From the NCBI GenBank assembly GCA_021791095.1, contig JAJYXG010000072.1:2992-66991 (forward strand): 64,000 nucleotides of DNA, read 5' to 3'. A program made the translations under genes and the position numbers. Position 1 is the first letter of the stretch, and every line of letters starts with the position of its first letter. Shown in pieces: positions 52,828 to 62,790 of this stretch. The notes below the pieces were generated by a model. It saw nothing but the letters and a program-made list of their open reading frames with translations, did no database searches and was not told the origin of the DNA. The stretch comes from Pseudomonadota bacterium (GTDB lineage: Bacteria > Pseudomonadota > Gammaproteobacteria > Burkholderiales > Thiobacillaceae).

Positions 52828-55515
52828 TCATCTGAGTGCGCGCCGCAGCCATGCCTTGCGCGCTTCCTCCATCCCTCCCATCAGTAACGCCAGCGTCACC
52901 GCAAACAGCCAGACCTCCATCCCCACCGGCGCGGTGCCGAACAGCCAGTTGCCGGCCGGGGTGTAGACGATGAACAGCAGCAGGCCCAGCTCCGCTGCGA
53001 TGCCGAGCAGGATCAACGGGTTGCTGAACAGGCCGAAGGAAAGCGCGGACTTGAGCGGATGGCGGCACAGGAAGACGTTCATCACCTGCGCCACCACGAT
53101 CGCCGCCAGGCAGGCGGTGGTGGCCTGCAGATAGAGCGGCGCGGTTCGCGCCAGGGTTTCTCCGTATTGCCATCCGGCGGCGTCGAGAACGACAAAGAAC
53201 ACGGCCATCGCGGCGGCCGCTTCGAGTACGCCGAGGAAGAGGTAGGCGCGGGCGATCAGTCCCCACGACAGCAGCCGCTTGCTGCGCGCACGCGGCGGGC
53301 GCCGCATCACCTCGGGGTCGGGCTTTTCGGCGCCCAGCGCCAATGCCGGCAGCATGTCGGTGCCGAGATCGACCGCGAGGATCTGGATGATGGTGAGCGG
53401 CAGCGGTATGCGAAACAGCACGAAGGCAAGGTAGGGCACCAGCTCGGGAATGTTCGACGAGAGGATGTAGGTGAGGAACTTGCGCAGGTTGTCGAACACC
53501 GCGCGCCCCTCCTCGATTGCGGTGACGATGCTGGCGAAGTTGTCGTCGAGCAGGATCAGGTCGGCGGCTTCCTTGGCGACGTCGGTGCCGCTCAGCCCCA
53601 TCGCGATGCCGATGTCGGCGGTCTTGAGCGCCGGTGCGTCGTTGACGCCGTCGCCGGTGACGGCGACGATCTCACCCTTTTTTTGAAGTGCTTCAACGAG
53701 GTGCATCTTCTGCTCGGCGGCGACGCGGGCGAACAGAATTTCCGGTGCATCCAGCGCCAGCTGCAACTGGGCCGGCGACAGGCGGCGCAGGTTGTCGCCG
53801 GTGATGACGACCGGCTGGTCGGTTTTCAGCAGGCCGATTTCGCGGGCGATGGCCTGCGCGGTATGCGGGTGGTCGCCCGTGACCATGATGACGCGGATGC
53901 CGGCCGAGGCACAGCGCGCGATGGCCGCCGGCACCTCGGGCCGCGGCGGATCCTCCAGCCCGACCAGGCCCGACAGGATCAGGCCGCGCTCATCGGCGGG
54001 CAGGCCGTCATCGATCGCGCCGCGGTCAGCCGCACCATGGGCGAAGGCCAGCACGCGCAGGCCGGCGCCGGTCATTTCGTTTTCTGCCGCCAGCAAACGA
54101 TCCCTCGCTGCGGCATCGAGCGGCACCACATTGCCGGCGAGCAGTGCCCGGTCGCATACCCCGAGCACGGTCTCCAGCGCCCCCTTGCAGTAGAGCATGC
54201 GCCCCTGCGGCGTGGCGACGCGAACAGACATGCGCTTGCGGTCGGTATCGAAGGGGATTTCGTCGAGGCGCACGAAACCAACCAGCGAGCCGGCCGCATC
54301 CCGGCCCATGGCGGCCAGCGCCACTTCCATCGGGTCGCCCAGCCACTCGTGGTTGCCGTGGCTGTTGACCTCCTTCAGGTTGTGGCAGAGCGCGGCGTTC
54401 ACGAACAGCGGGAGGTGATTCACGACCAGACGCGGCTGCGTCGCGATGTCCTCCTGCGCGAAGAATTCGCCACCCAGCCACAGCCGTCGCACCGACATGC
54501 GGTTCTGCGTCAGCGTGCCGGTCTTGTCGGAAAGGATCACCGTGGTCGAGCCGAGCGCCTCCACCGCCGGCAGGTGCCGCACCAGCGCATTGCGCTTCGC
54601 CATGCGCTGCGTCGCCATGGCCAGCGACAGTGTCACGGTGGGCAGCAGACCTTCCGGCACGTTGGCGACGATGATGCCGATGGCGAACAGCAGGTTCTCC
54701 CAGAACGGCAGGCCGAGCGCCTGGCCGATGAGGAAGAACGCGCCGCCGATGCCGGAAGCGAGAAAAGCCACGATGCGGGAGAGCCGGACGATCTCGCGCT
54801 GCAGCGGCGACGTGGCTTCGCCCGCGGTCTGCGTCAGATGCGCGATCTTGCCGAACTCGGTGCGCATGCCGGTGGCGATCACCACGGCGCGTGCCTGCCC
54901 CGACACGACCGAGGTGCCGGCCAGCACGAGATTTTTGGCGAAGAGCGGCGACACCTCGGGATGGGGATCGGCATTGCGCGCCTGCGGCAGCGACTCGCCG
55001 GTGATCGTCGCGTTGTTCACGCGCAGGCCGAACGCCTCGATCAGCCGGCAGTCCGCCGGGACGAAGTCGCCCTCTTCCAGCAGCACGATGTCGCCGGGCA
55101 CCAGCGCACTGGCGAGCTGTTCCACGATTTCGCCGCCGCGCAGCACCATCACCTGCTGCGGCAGCAGCTCGCGCAGCGCGGCGACCGCGCGCTCGGCCCG
55201 GTATTCCTGCCAGAAGGAGAAGATGCCGTTGATCAGAATGACGCCGACGATGGCAACGCCCAGCCGCACCATGCCCTGCCCGGGCTCGAAGCTTTCTGCA
55301 AAAAACGCCAGCGCCGCGCCCAGCCACAGGATGAGCGCGAAGAAATGGGTGAACTCGCGTGCGAACCGAAGCACCAGAGGCTCGCGCGCCACCTCCTCGA
55401 CGTGGTTGGGGCCGAACTCCGCGAGGCGCCGCTGCGCCTCGGCGACGGCCAGCCCGGTGGCCGCCGTATGCAGGCTGGCGAGGGATTGCTCGGCGGTGAG
55501 GCTCTGGATGTGCAC
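52828..55515 (-). CDS. P2-type cation-transporting ATPase (P2C-like motifs)
   Basis: TGES, ANVPEGL, DKTGT, DPPR, TGDGVND, SSNIPE, DLGTD; probable GTG start at 55515. Confidence 0.9.
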   Translation of the reverse strand: MHIQSLTAEQSLASLHTAATGLAVAEAQRRLAEFGPNHVEEVAREPLVLRFAREFTHFFALILWLGAALAFFAESFEPGQGMVRLGVAIVGVILINGIFSFWQEYRAERAVAALRELLPQQVMVLRGGEIVEQLASALVPGDIVLLEEGDFVPADCRLIEAFGLRVNNATITGESLPQARNADPHPEVSPLFAKNLVLAGTSVVSGQARAVVIATGMRTEFGKIAHLTQTAGEATSPLQREIVRLSRIVAFLASGIGGAFFLIGQALGLPFWENLLFAIGIIVANVPEGLLPTVTLSLAMATQRMAKRNALVRHLPAVEALGSTTVILSDKTGTLTQNRMSVRRLWLGGEFFAQEDIATQPRLVVNHLPLFVNAALCHNLKEVNSHGNHEWLGDPMEVALAAMGRDAAGSLVGFVRLDEIPFDTDRKRMSVRVATPQGRMLYCKGALETVLGVCDRALLAGNVVPLDAAARDRLLAAENEMTGAGLRVLAFAHGAADRGAIDDGLPADERGLILSGLVGLEDPPRPEVPAAIARCASAGIRVIMVTGDHPHTAQAIAREIGLLKTDQPVVITGDNLRRLSPAQLQLALDAPEILFARVAAEQKMHLVEALQKKGEIVAVTGDGVNDAPALKTADIGIAMGLSGTDVAKEAADLILLDDNFASIVTAIEEGRAVFDNLRKFLTYILSSNIPELVPYLAFVLFRIPLPLTIIQILAVDLGTDMLPALALGAEKPDPEVMRRPPRARSKRLLSWGLIARAYLFLGVLEAAAAMAVFFVVLDAAGWQYGETLARTAPLYLQATTACLAAIVVAQVMNVFLCRHPLKSALSFGLFSNPLILLGIAAELGLLLFIVYTPAGNWLFGTAPVGMEVWLFAVTLALLMGGMEEARKAWLRRALR

Positions 55516-55714
55516 GGGGAATGGAGTTCGGCGTCTGCTTATCCAGCATAGAGCAGCGGCCAGCGGGCGCACCTCTCAATGCATCTCTTGCATGGACCAA
55601 CACAAAGGGATGGAGGGGTCTTGAATTAGCCGGACGCGGGTCTAAATTGAGTGTGTAGCCGTGATAGCGGCTTAAGCGTGTATCCAAAAATCATTTGTTT
55701 ACAGGAGTAAAAAC

Positions 55715-56158
55715 ATGGCAAACCTCACCCGTTACGACCCCTTCAATCTCGCTCGTACCGACCCGTTCGGCGACTTGGACGATCTGTTCAAGGGTTTCTT
55801 CATGCGCCCCGTTCTCCTGGAGGGCCAGCCGCAGATGCAGATCAAGATGGACGTGAAGGAGGATGACAATGCCTATACCGTGCACGCCGACATCCCCGGC
55901 GTGAAGAAGGAAGACATTCACGTCAGCATCGAAGGCAACCAGGTTTCGATCAGCGCTGAAACCAGGACGGAGAAGGAAGAGAAAAAGGGCGAGAAAGTGC
56001 TGCGTTCCGAGCGTTATTACGGCAAGGTGGCACGCAGCTTCACCCTGGCGCACGATGTGGACGAAGCCAAGGCCCAGGCCAAGTACACCGACGGCGTGCT
56101 GGAACTGACGCTGCCGAAAAAGCCGGCCACCGCCGGCAAGAAGCTGGCAATCCAGTAA
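55715..56158 (+). CDS. Hsp20/alpha-crystallin small heat-shock protein
   Basis: DVKE..ADIPGVKKEDI..ERYYG..RSFTL..AKYTDGVLELTLPK; AGGAG RBS. Confidence 0.95.
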   Translation: MANLTRYDPFNLARTDPFGDLDDLFKGFFMRPVLLEGQPQMQIKMDVKEDDNAYTVHADIPGVKKEDIHVSIEGNQVSISAETRTEKEEKKGEKVLRSERYYGKVARSFTLAHDVDEAKAQAKYTDGVLELTLPKKPATAGKKLAIQ

Positions 56159-56178
56159 TTCCTGCTCGCATCGGGGAC

Positions 56179-56212
56179 AGGGCGGCGTCCGCTTGGCGGG
56201 CGCCGCCCTTTT
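56179..56212 (+). terminator. Intrinsic terminator after hsp20
   Basis: AGGGCGGCGTCCGC-TTG-GCGGGCGCCGCCCT followed by TTT. Confidence 0.8.
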
Positions 56213-56306
56213 CATGTCAGGCGCCGGACCGTGAGGGGATGTGGCATCCGTCTCGAGCCAAGCTACGATTCAGATTCCCCTTCCGTTCCCCCTACCGGAT
56301 CACGCC

Positions 56307-57632
56307 ATGGAAATCCTGCTCTTGACCGCACTGATCGTGCTGAACGGCGTGTTCGCCATGTCCGAGATCGCACTGGTGACGGCGCGGCGCGCGCGCCTGG
56401 CGCGCTTGGCCGACGAGGGCAGCGCTTCGGCCGCGGTCGCCATAGAACTGCATGACGACCCGACGCGTTTCCTGTCAACGGTTCAGGTCGGCATCACCTC
56501 GATCGGCATCCTCAACGGCATCATCGGCGAAGCCGTGCTGGCGGGGCCGCTGGCGCGCTGGCTGCAGACGCTGGGGGCGCCGGTCGAGGCAAGCCAACTC
56601 ACCGCCACGGCGCTGGTGGTGATCATCATCACCTATGTCACGATCGTGATCGGCGAACTGGTGCCCAAGCGCATCGGCCAGCTCGATCCCGAGCGCATCG
56701 CCTGCAGGCTCGCGCGGCCGATGCAGTGGCTGGCCGAACTGACGCGGCCCTTCGTTCACCTGCTGTCGCTGTCGACCGATGCGATGCTGCACCTGCTGGG
56801 CAGGCAGCCGTCCGCCCGGCAGGACATCATCGAGGAGGAAATCCACGCTCTGCTGCAGGAAGCCTCGGAGTCCGGCGCGATCGAACTGCAGGAACGCGAG
56901 ATGGTGCGCAACGTGTTCCGCCTCGACGACCGCCCCGTCGAATCGCTGATGACGCCGCGCGCCGACATCGTCTTTCTCGATACCGCGCTGCCGCTGGAAG
57001 AGAATCTGCGGCGCGTGGCCGCGTCGGAGCACGCATGCTTTCCGGTCTGCCGGGACGGGCTCGACGACGTGCTGGGCATCCTCAACGCCAAGCAGCTGCT
57101 CGACGCGATGCTGTCCGGCGCCCCGCCCAGCCTCACCAACTTGCTGCAGCCGGCCGTCTATATGCCCGAACGCCTCAGCGGACTCGACCTGCTCGAGCAG
57201 TTCCACGCAGCCGGCACCCACCTCATGCTGGTCATCGACGAATACGGCGAGATCAACGGCCTGGTCACCCTGGCCGACGTGCTGCAAGCGCTTACCGGAG
57301 AATTCAGGTCGCGCGACCTGAAGGATGCCTGGGCCGTGCAGCGCGACGACGGCTCCTGGCTGCTCGATGGCCTGATTCCCCTTCACGAACTGATGGACAA
57401 GCTCGGGCTGAAAAGCGTGCCGGAAGCAGGCAAGCGCCGTTATCACACGCTGAGTGGCCTGGTGATGTGGCTGTCCGGGAAGCTGCCGCAGACCGGCGAT
57501 GTGCTGGTCTGGGAAAACTGGCGCTTCGAAGTGGTCGACCTCGACGGCAAGCGCATCGACAAGATCCTCGCCACGCCGATTCCTGCCGAGCCGGGCCACC
57601 CTGACATCGAGCCGCCGTCCGAAACACGCTAG
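56307..57632 (+). CDS. Hemolysin-family (CNNM/DUF21-CBS-CorC_HlyC) membrane protein
   Basis: FAMSEIAL, QVGIT, GELVPKRI, MTPR, VIDEYG, EVVDLDGKRIDK. Confidence 0.9.
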   Translation: MEILLLTALIVLNGVFAMSEIALVTARRARLARLADEGSASAAVAIELHDDPTRFLSTVQVGITSIGILNGIIGEAVLAGPLARWLQTLGAPVEASQLTATALVVIIITYVTIVIGELVPKRIGQLDPERIACRLARPMQWLAELTRPFVHLLSLSTDAMLHLLGRQPSARQDIIEEEIHALLQEASESGAIELQEREMVRNVFRLDDRPVESLMTPRADIVFLDTALPLEENLRRVAASEHACFPVCRDGLDDVLGILNAKQLLDAMLSGAPPSLTNLLQPAVYMPERLSGLDLLEQFHAAGTHLMLVIDEYGEINGLVTLADVLQALTGEFRSRDLKDAWAVQRDDGSWLLDGLIPLHELMDKLGLKSVPEAGKRRYHTLSGLVMWLSGKLPQTGDVLVWENWRFEVVDLDGKRIDKILATPIPAEPGHPDIEPPSETR

Positions 57633-57850
57633 AAATTTTCCGCTTGGCACGCAGTCTGCCGCCTCAAGTTCCCCGGTGGCGCGACGTAGTACATTTGTAA
57701 TGTACACTTGGCCTGCCTGTCCGCCGAGCATGAACATGCTCACGCCTCTTCACGGACAGGCAACGTGTCTTGATTGACGGGGAACCGGATTTTGATAACA
57801 AGCTGGTGTTCGCTGCATGATCACGGTCCAGGGGGATCAGGGCCGGTCCG

Positions 57851-58552
57851 ATGAAGCCGAACTGCACCAATATCGAATGGCAGGGGCGGGCCAAATGCAC
57901 GGTGTGCGAGGTTCGCAACTTCGTCCTGTTCGCCGGACTGTCGCCGCACGAACTGGACACGATCCTGCAGCCCATCGACAACCTGCATGTGCCTCAGCAT
58001 GCGGTGCTGTACAAGCAGGGAACGGCGTCGCCCTACGTCTACACGGTGCGCAGCGGGCTCATCAAGCTCAAGGTCGATCTATCCAATGGCTGCCAGCGCA
58101 TCGTGCGCCTGTTGCGGCCGGGCGATGTGGCGGGATTGGAAACGCTGCTGGGCGATCCCTACCACCACACCGCCATCGCCCTGCAGGACGCCGACGTGTG
58201 CCGCATTCCACGCGAGGTGGTGACGCATCTGGATCAGACCAACCGCAACGTGCACCAGGCGCTGCTGCAGCGTTGGCAGCGCTCGGTCGATCAGGCCGAC
58301 CATTTCATCGCTGCGCTCTCCACCGGCCCGGCAGAGGCCCGCATGGCACGGCTGCTGATCACGCTCGGCTGTACCGGCAACCAGCCTGAAACCATGCCCA
58401 GCCGCGAGGACATGGGCGCACTGCTCGGCATCACCACTGAAACCGCCAGCCGCATCATGGCGGAGTTCAAGCGGCGCGGCCTGGTCCATACGGATAAGGG
58501 CAACGATGTCGTTTGCGATCACGCCGGCCTGGCCCATCTGGCCCATGGTTAA
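57851..58552 (+). CDS. Crp/Fnr-family regulator with N-terminal Cys cluster
   Basis: C-x10-CTVC N-terminus, cNMP-like fold (PGDVAGLE), DVCRIP, recognition helix ETASR. Confidence 0.9.
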   Translation: MKPNCTNIEWQGRAKCTVCEVRNFVLFAGLSPHELDTILQPIDNLHVPQHAVLYKQGTASPYVYTVRSGLIKLKVDLSNGCQRIVRLLRPGDVAGLETLLGDPYHHTAIALQDADVCRIPREVVTHLDQTNRNVHQALLQRWQRSVDQADHFIAALSTGPAEARMARLLITLGCTGNQPETMPSREDMGALLGITTETASRIMAEFKRRGLVHTDKGNDVVCDHAGLAHLAHG

Positions 58553-58583
58553 ATTAATGTTGTTTAATGGTCACAATGTTGTA

Positions 58584-58597
58584 TTGACAATTGTCAA
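58584..58597. promoter_or_regulatory. FNR-like box
   Basis: Perfect palindrome TTGAC-AATT-GTCAA (FNR consensus TTGAT-N4-ATCAA), 135 bp before the OMP start. Confidence 0.75.
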
Positions 58598-58731
58598 TCA
58601 GGGCTAACGGCCAGGGAAGCCCAGTAAAATCGCGAGAAAGCTTTTTCATAACAGACTTTTAACAGTTCAATCCAGTAAAAATAACCGGGCGTAATGCATC
58701 GTCACAAGACAGCACGCCCCAGGGAGACTTT

Positions 58732-61428
58732 ATGAAGCACCATTTGAAGCCGCTGGCCGCGTGCATGGCCGCCATGTTCGGCGCCACTTCCTTCAACGTA
58801 TGGGGTGCACCGCCCGCCCCTCCCCCGGTCCAGAATCAGAACGCACCCCAGCAGGGCACCGGTACCCCGACCGCAACGGTTCCCCCGGTGCTGGCCACCC
58901 GCCCGATGACCTCGGTGTTCCCGGCCCAGCCGAAAGAATTCCCCGGCATTCCCTGGGGTTCCTTCCTGCTGTATCCGGAAGTGACGCTGGCCGTCACCTA
59001 CGACGACAACATTTACGCCGAGCGTCCCCTGTCCGTTGATCGCACCTACGTGACCGAAGATGTCGTCTACACCCTGTCGCCGTCGCTGGAACTGAAATCC
59101 AACTGGAAGCAGCACGCGCTGAACTTCGACGTCGGCGCAGACTTCGACCGCTACCAGAACCACGACTCGGAAGACGTTAACGACTACTGGCTGGGCTTCG
59201 ACGGCCACTACGACCTCGGCGCCCGCACCAACATCTTCGGCGGCGCGCGCCACAGCCGCGATCACGAAGACCGCTCCACCCCCGGCTCGCTGCTGACGCA
59301 GGTCGAGCCGACCCGCTACGACCACGAGGAAGCGCATCTGGGCGTGGCGCACGAGTTCGGCGCCTTCCGCCTGCGCGTTGGCGGCACCTGGGACCAGTAC
59401 GACTACAAGGACGGCGCCTTGGGCGATGGCACCGTCATCGACACCGACTACCGCGACCACGACCTGAGCTCGCTGGGCGTGCGCCTGGGTTATGTGCTGT
59501 CGCCCGTGTACGAAATCTTCGGGCAGTTCGCCACCGACAATCGCGAATACGACAAGCTGATCACCGGCCAGACCTTCAACCGCGATTCCGACGGCACCCG
59601 TGCCGCGGCCGGTTTGAGATTCACCCTGCGGCCCCAGCGCCTGGCAGGTGAGGTGTTCGCCGGCGTGATGCGCCAGGATTACGATTACAGCGGCTTCTCC
59701 GACCTCAGCAAACCGTATTTCGGCGCCCTCGCCGTGTGGAAACCCACTACGCTGACGACCGTGACCGGCTTCATCGATCGCTCGCTGGAAGAAACCACCG
59801 TATTCGACGGCGCCGACTATGCCTCCGGTTCGCTCGACACCACCTACGGCTTCGAGGTGGAGCGCCGCCTGACCAGCAAGCTGTCGGTCAACGGCCGTGC
59901 TGCCTACACCAAGAGCGATTTCAAGGACTTCGACCGCAGCGACAGCATCATCGACGCGGGCGCCGGCCTGCGCTACTACGTGATGCCGACCGTGTTCGTC
60001 GGCGCCGACCTGCGCATCATCGACCGCGACTCCAACGACCTCGCCGCCCAGTACAGCCGCAACCAGGTGATGGTCAGCGTCGGCTACACCCCGGCGCGTA
60101 GCCGCGACTACTCGATCATTCCCGAGCGCGGGGCGGGCGCCCCCGCCGCGCCGCGCGCGCAGGGCGTGTTATCCGGCTTCTACGCCGGCGCCCAACTGGG
60201 CCACGGCGGCCTCACCACCGACACCTACGGACCGCGCGGCGGCGGCGGCTTCGACGCGGCAATCATGGGGCGCTTCGGCGCCAGCTACGGCCTGTTCGCC
60301 GGCTGGGGCACCGAAATCAACAACTGGTATCTCGGCCTCGAGCTCGATGGCAGCGACAGCGACGCCAACTGGTACCACAAAAAGGACAAGCCCAAGGCGC
60401 CCACCGTGTATGTGGACAAGGACGCCAGCTACGGCCTGAGCCTTCGCGCCGGCTATCAGCTTGACGGCGGCCTGCTGGTCGGCAAGCTGGGTATGATTCG
60501 CACCGACTTCCATACCTACTACACCGAAAACCAGTACACGGGCGGCGCCTTCAATCAGGACCACACCGAAACCGGTACCCGCCTCGGGATTGGCCTGGAA
60601 ATTCCAGCCTCTCGCAACCTGTTCGTGCGCACCGACTACAGCTATACGCGCTACGACGACTACGACGTGCCCTACCAATCCGACGTCGCTGCCACGACGA
60701 CGGAACTCTTCGACACCGAGGACAACGTGTTCAGCATCGGACTCGGCTGGCGCTTCGGCGGCGGGCGCCCGGAAGTGGCCACACGTTCGGCCACCGAGCT
60801 ACGCGGCCTCTACGCGGGTGCCAACCTCGGCCACGGCACAATGGCCACGCAGCTGACCGGAACGCATATGGACAGCGGCGGTGCCGAGGGTCCCTATGAC
60901 TTCACCGGCAACTTCGCCAAATCGGGTTTCACCGGCGGCTTTTTCGCTGGCTACGGCCACACGTTCAGCCAGGTCTATGTTGGCCTCGAACTGGAAGCAG
61001 AGGCGGCCAACTTCAGCTGGGACCACGAACGCCAGACCGGCGGCGACTCCGACGGCGGTCGGGACTTTGCGGTCGAGAAGCGTGGCGGTTACGGCGCCGG
61101 CCTGCGGGTGGGTTATGCGCTCGACAACGGCGGCCTGCTGTACGGCCGCATTGGCGCGGTGCAGACCCGCTTCAACACCATTTACAAAAAAGGAGCAGGC
61201 GTGGGCAGCTGGATCGACCGCAGCGACACACTCGCAGGAACCCGCTTCGGCCTCGGCGCCGAGATTCCCGCCTCGGAAAATGCCTTCGTGCGCATGGAAT
61301 ACAGCTACACCCGCTACAACGATACGGTCGATTTCGTGACAACGCACGCTGGCGGCGCCAATCCGGATGACATGCACTTCGATAACAGTGAAAGTCTGGC
61401 CCGCCTGGGCCTCGGCTTCCGCTTCTGA
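58732..61428 (+). CDS. Multi-barrel outer-membrane protein (large BBP2-like barrel plus two 8-stranded OMP barrels)
   Basis: Signal peptide; YDDNIY..LSPSL..YSRNQVMVSVGY; GFYAGAQLG..IGLGWRF; GLYAGANLG..LGLGFRF with terminal Phe. Confidence 0.85.
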   Translation: MKHHLKPLAACMAAMFGATSFNVWGAPPAPPPVQNQNAPQQGTGTPTATVPPVLATRPMTSVFPAQPKEFPGIPWGSFLLYPEVTLAVTYDDNIYAERPLSVDRTYVTEDVVYTLSPSLELKSNWKQHALNFDVGADFDRYQNHDSEDVNDYWLGFDGHYDLGARTNIFGGARHSRDHEDRSTPGSLLTQVEPTRYDHEEAHLGVAHEFGAFRLRVGGTWDQYDYKDGALGDGTVIDTDYRDHDLSSLGVRLGYVLSPVYEIFGQFATDNREYDKLITGQTFNRDSDGTRAAAGLRFTLRPQRLAGEVFAGVMRQDYDYSGFSDLSKPYFGALAVWKPTTLTTVTGFIDRSLEETTVFDGADYASGSLDTTYGFEVERRLTSKLSVNGRAAYTKSDFKDFDRSDSIIDAGAGLRYYVMPTVFVGADLRIIDRDSNDLAAQYSRNQVMVSVGYTPARSRDYSIIPERGAGAPAAPRAQGVLSGFYAGAQLGHGGLTTDTYGPRGGGGFDAAIMGRFGASYGLFAGWGTEINNWYLGLELDGSDSDANWYHKKDKPKAPTVYVDKDASYGLSLRAGYQLDGGLLVGKLGMIRTDFHTYYTENQYTGGAFNQDHTETGTRLGIGLEIPASRNLFVRTDYSYTRYDDYDVPYQSDVAATTTELFDTEDNVFSIGLGWRFGGGRPEVATRSATELRGLYAGANLGHGTMATQLTGTHMDSGGAEGPYDFTGNFAKSGFTGGFFAGYGHTFSQVYVGLELEAEAANFSWDHERQTGGDSDGGRDFAVEKRGGYGAGLRVGYALDNGGLLYGRIGAVQTRFNTIYKKGAGVGSWIDRSDTLAGTRFGLGAEIPASENAFVRMEYSYTRYNDTVDFVTTHAGGANPDDMHFDNSESLARLGLGFRF

Positions 61429-61592
61429 GCACGCAATCCGGCAGCAAAAAAACTGTCCTGAATTGCGAAAAATCAATGCTTTCTTAAAAAAGACCAGCTA
61501 GTCTTCAATTGTAAGTAAAAGGGTTTTGTTTTCGGTTGATATACCGAAAACAAGGTGAGGGAAGGCGTAATTTTTAAACAATGGAGAGATAC

Positions 61593-62735
61593 ATGACACA
61601 CACCGCATTCAATTTCAAAAAACTAATCCTCGCTGGCGGCACCATGTTCGCCATGCTCGCTGTTCCGATGGCCGTCAATACCATGACCGGCCTTGATCTG
61701 GGCGTGATTTCGTCCGCCCAGGCAGCTGAGGATGGCGGTGCCAAGAAGGGCAGCGCCAACAAGGGCGGGGCAAAGAAAGGTGCCGCCAACAAGGGTGGCC
61801 AGGGCAAGGGCGCTGACAAGATTTTCCGCGCTGAGCCCTCGGAAGATAGCGACCGTCCGGTGTGGGCGGGCGTGAAGGGCGGCAAGTCGGGCGGCGGCGG
61901 CAAGCCGGCAGGTGCTGGCAGCAAGAAGGGTGACCTGTTTGGTGACATGGTCGTGCTGCTGCGCGACGCCAATGGCGTGCCCATCCTGACTGTCGATGGC
62001 CTGGTTCAGGTGATCGCTTATGTCTACGATGCGTCCGGCAATCTGGTTCCGCTGAAGGATGCCTCAGGCAATCTGGTGATCATTCCCTACAATGCGGAAG
62101 GCGATCTGTTGCCCACCGTAACCGTAGGCGGTGTTACCTATGACGTCTATGGCGCCGAAGTCGAACTGGGCCGCCTGAGCGTGGGCCGTGCGCCGACCAA
62201 GGTGCTGCAGCATTCGCTGGATGAAGCGCTGTCCAAGCTGACCGCTGCGGGCGCCGTGATTACGCTGGATTCGACCGGCCGTCTTGTTGTGAATGGCGTG
62301 ACCATCGACTCCCCGCTGGAAAACCTGGCGCTGTATCTGGATTACATGAAAGACGGTTCGATTGCCGGTGTGACCTTGCCGGCCGGCTTCAACCCCGCTT
62401 CGCTGTTTGCAGCGGCTGCGGACAAGACCGGCACCATCACCGTGGACACCGTGGTCTACATGAATTCCATCCTGGGGATCAACACGGGCACCACATACTA
62501 TGACTTCTCCACCACGAACTACGATCGCGCCACGACGTGGAGCACTGCGACCGCAACCGTGCTGGTGCTGAAGGATGGCGTGTACGTGCCGACCGTGGTG
62601 AACCTGTATGAAGCCGTGTTCAGCAGCACCAACTGGGTTGACCCGACCGCAGTGGGTGGGGCGGACGACTTCGCGGCGGCCGCGAACGACTACCTGCAGG
62701 TGATCGAGTTCGTCCACGACAACGCGGTTCGTTAA
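61593..62735 (+). CDS. Exported hypothetical protein with Gly/Lys-rich N-terminus
   Basis: GGAG RBS; signal ending in SSAQA; low-complexity GK repeats, then a globular region (GDLFGD..RDANGVPIL..IDSPLENLALY..AAADKTG..VIEFVHD). Confidence 0.85.
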   Translation: MTHTAFNFKKLILAGGTMFAMLAVPMAVNTMTGLDLGVISSAQAAEDGGAKKGSANKGGAKKGAANKGGQGKGADKIFRAEPSEDSDRPVWAGVKGGKSGGGGKPAGAGSKKGDLFGDMVVLLRDANGVPILTVDGLVQVIAYVYDASGNLVPLKDASGNLVIIPYNAEGDLLPTVTVGGVTYDVYGAEVELGRLSVGRAPTKVLQHSLDEALSKLTAAGAVITLDSTGRLVVNGVTIDSPLENLALYLDYMKDGSIAGVTLPAGFNPASLFAAAADKTGTITVDTVVYMNSILGINTGTTYYDFSTTNYDRATTWSTATATVLVLKDGVYVPTVVNLYEAVFSSTNWVDPTAVGGADDFAAAANDYLQVIEFVHDNAVR

Positions 62736-62739
62736 TGAA

Positions 62740-62769
62740 GTCCACTGGGCGGCCCGCCGCCCAGTGGAC
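62740..62769. repeat. Intercistronic perfect stem-loop
   Basis: GTCCACTGGGCGGC-CC-GCCGCCCAGTGGAC with no U-tract. Confidence 0.75.
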
Positions 62770-62790
62770 CTCAGCAACAGGAGTTACAGC

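Noticed and set aside
55620-55650. sigma32 promoter for hsp20
   Set aside because: CTTGAA -35 is present but the -10 (GTCTAAAT) matches CCCCAT poorly, so it is not supportable.
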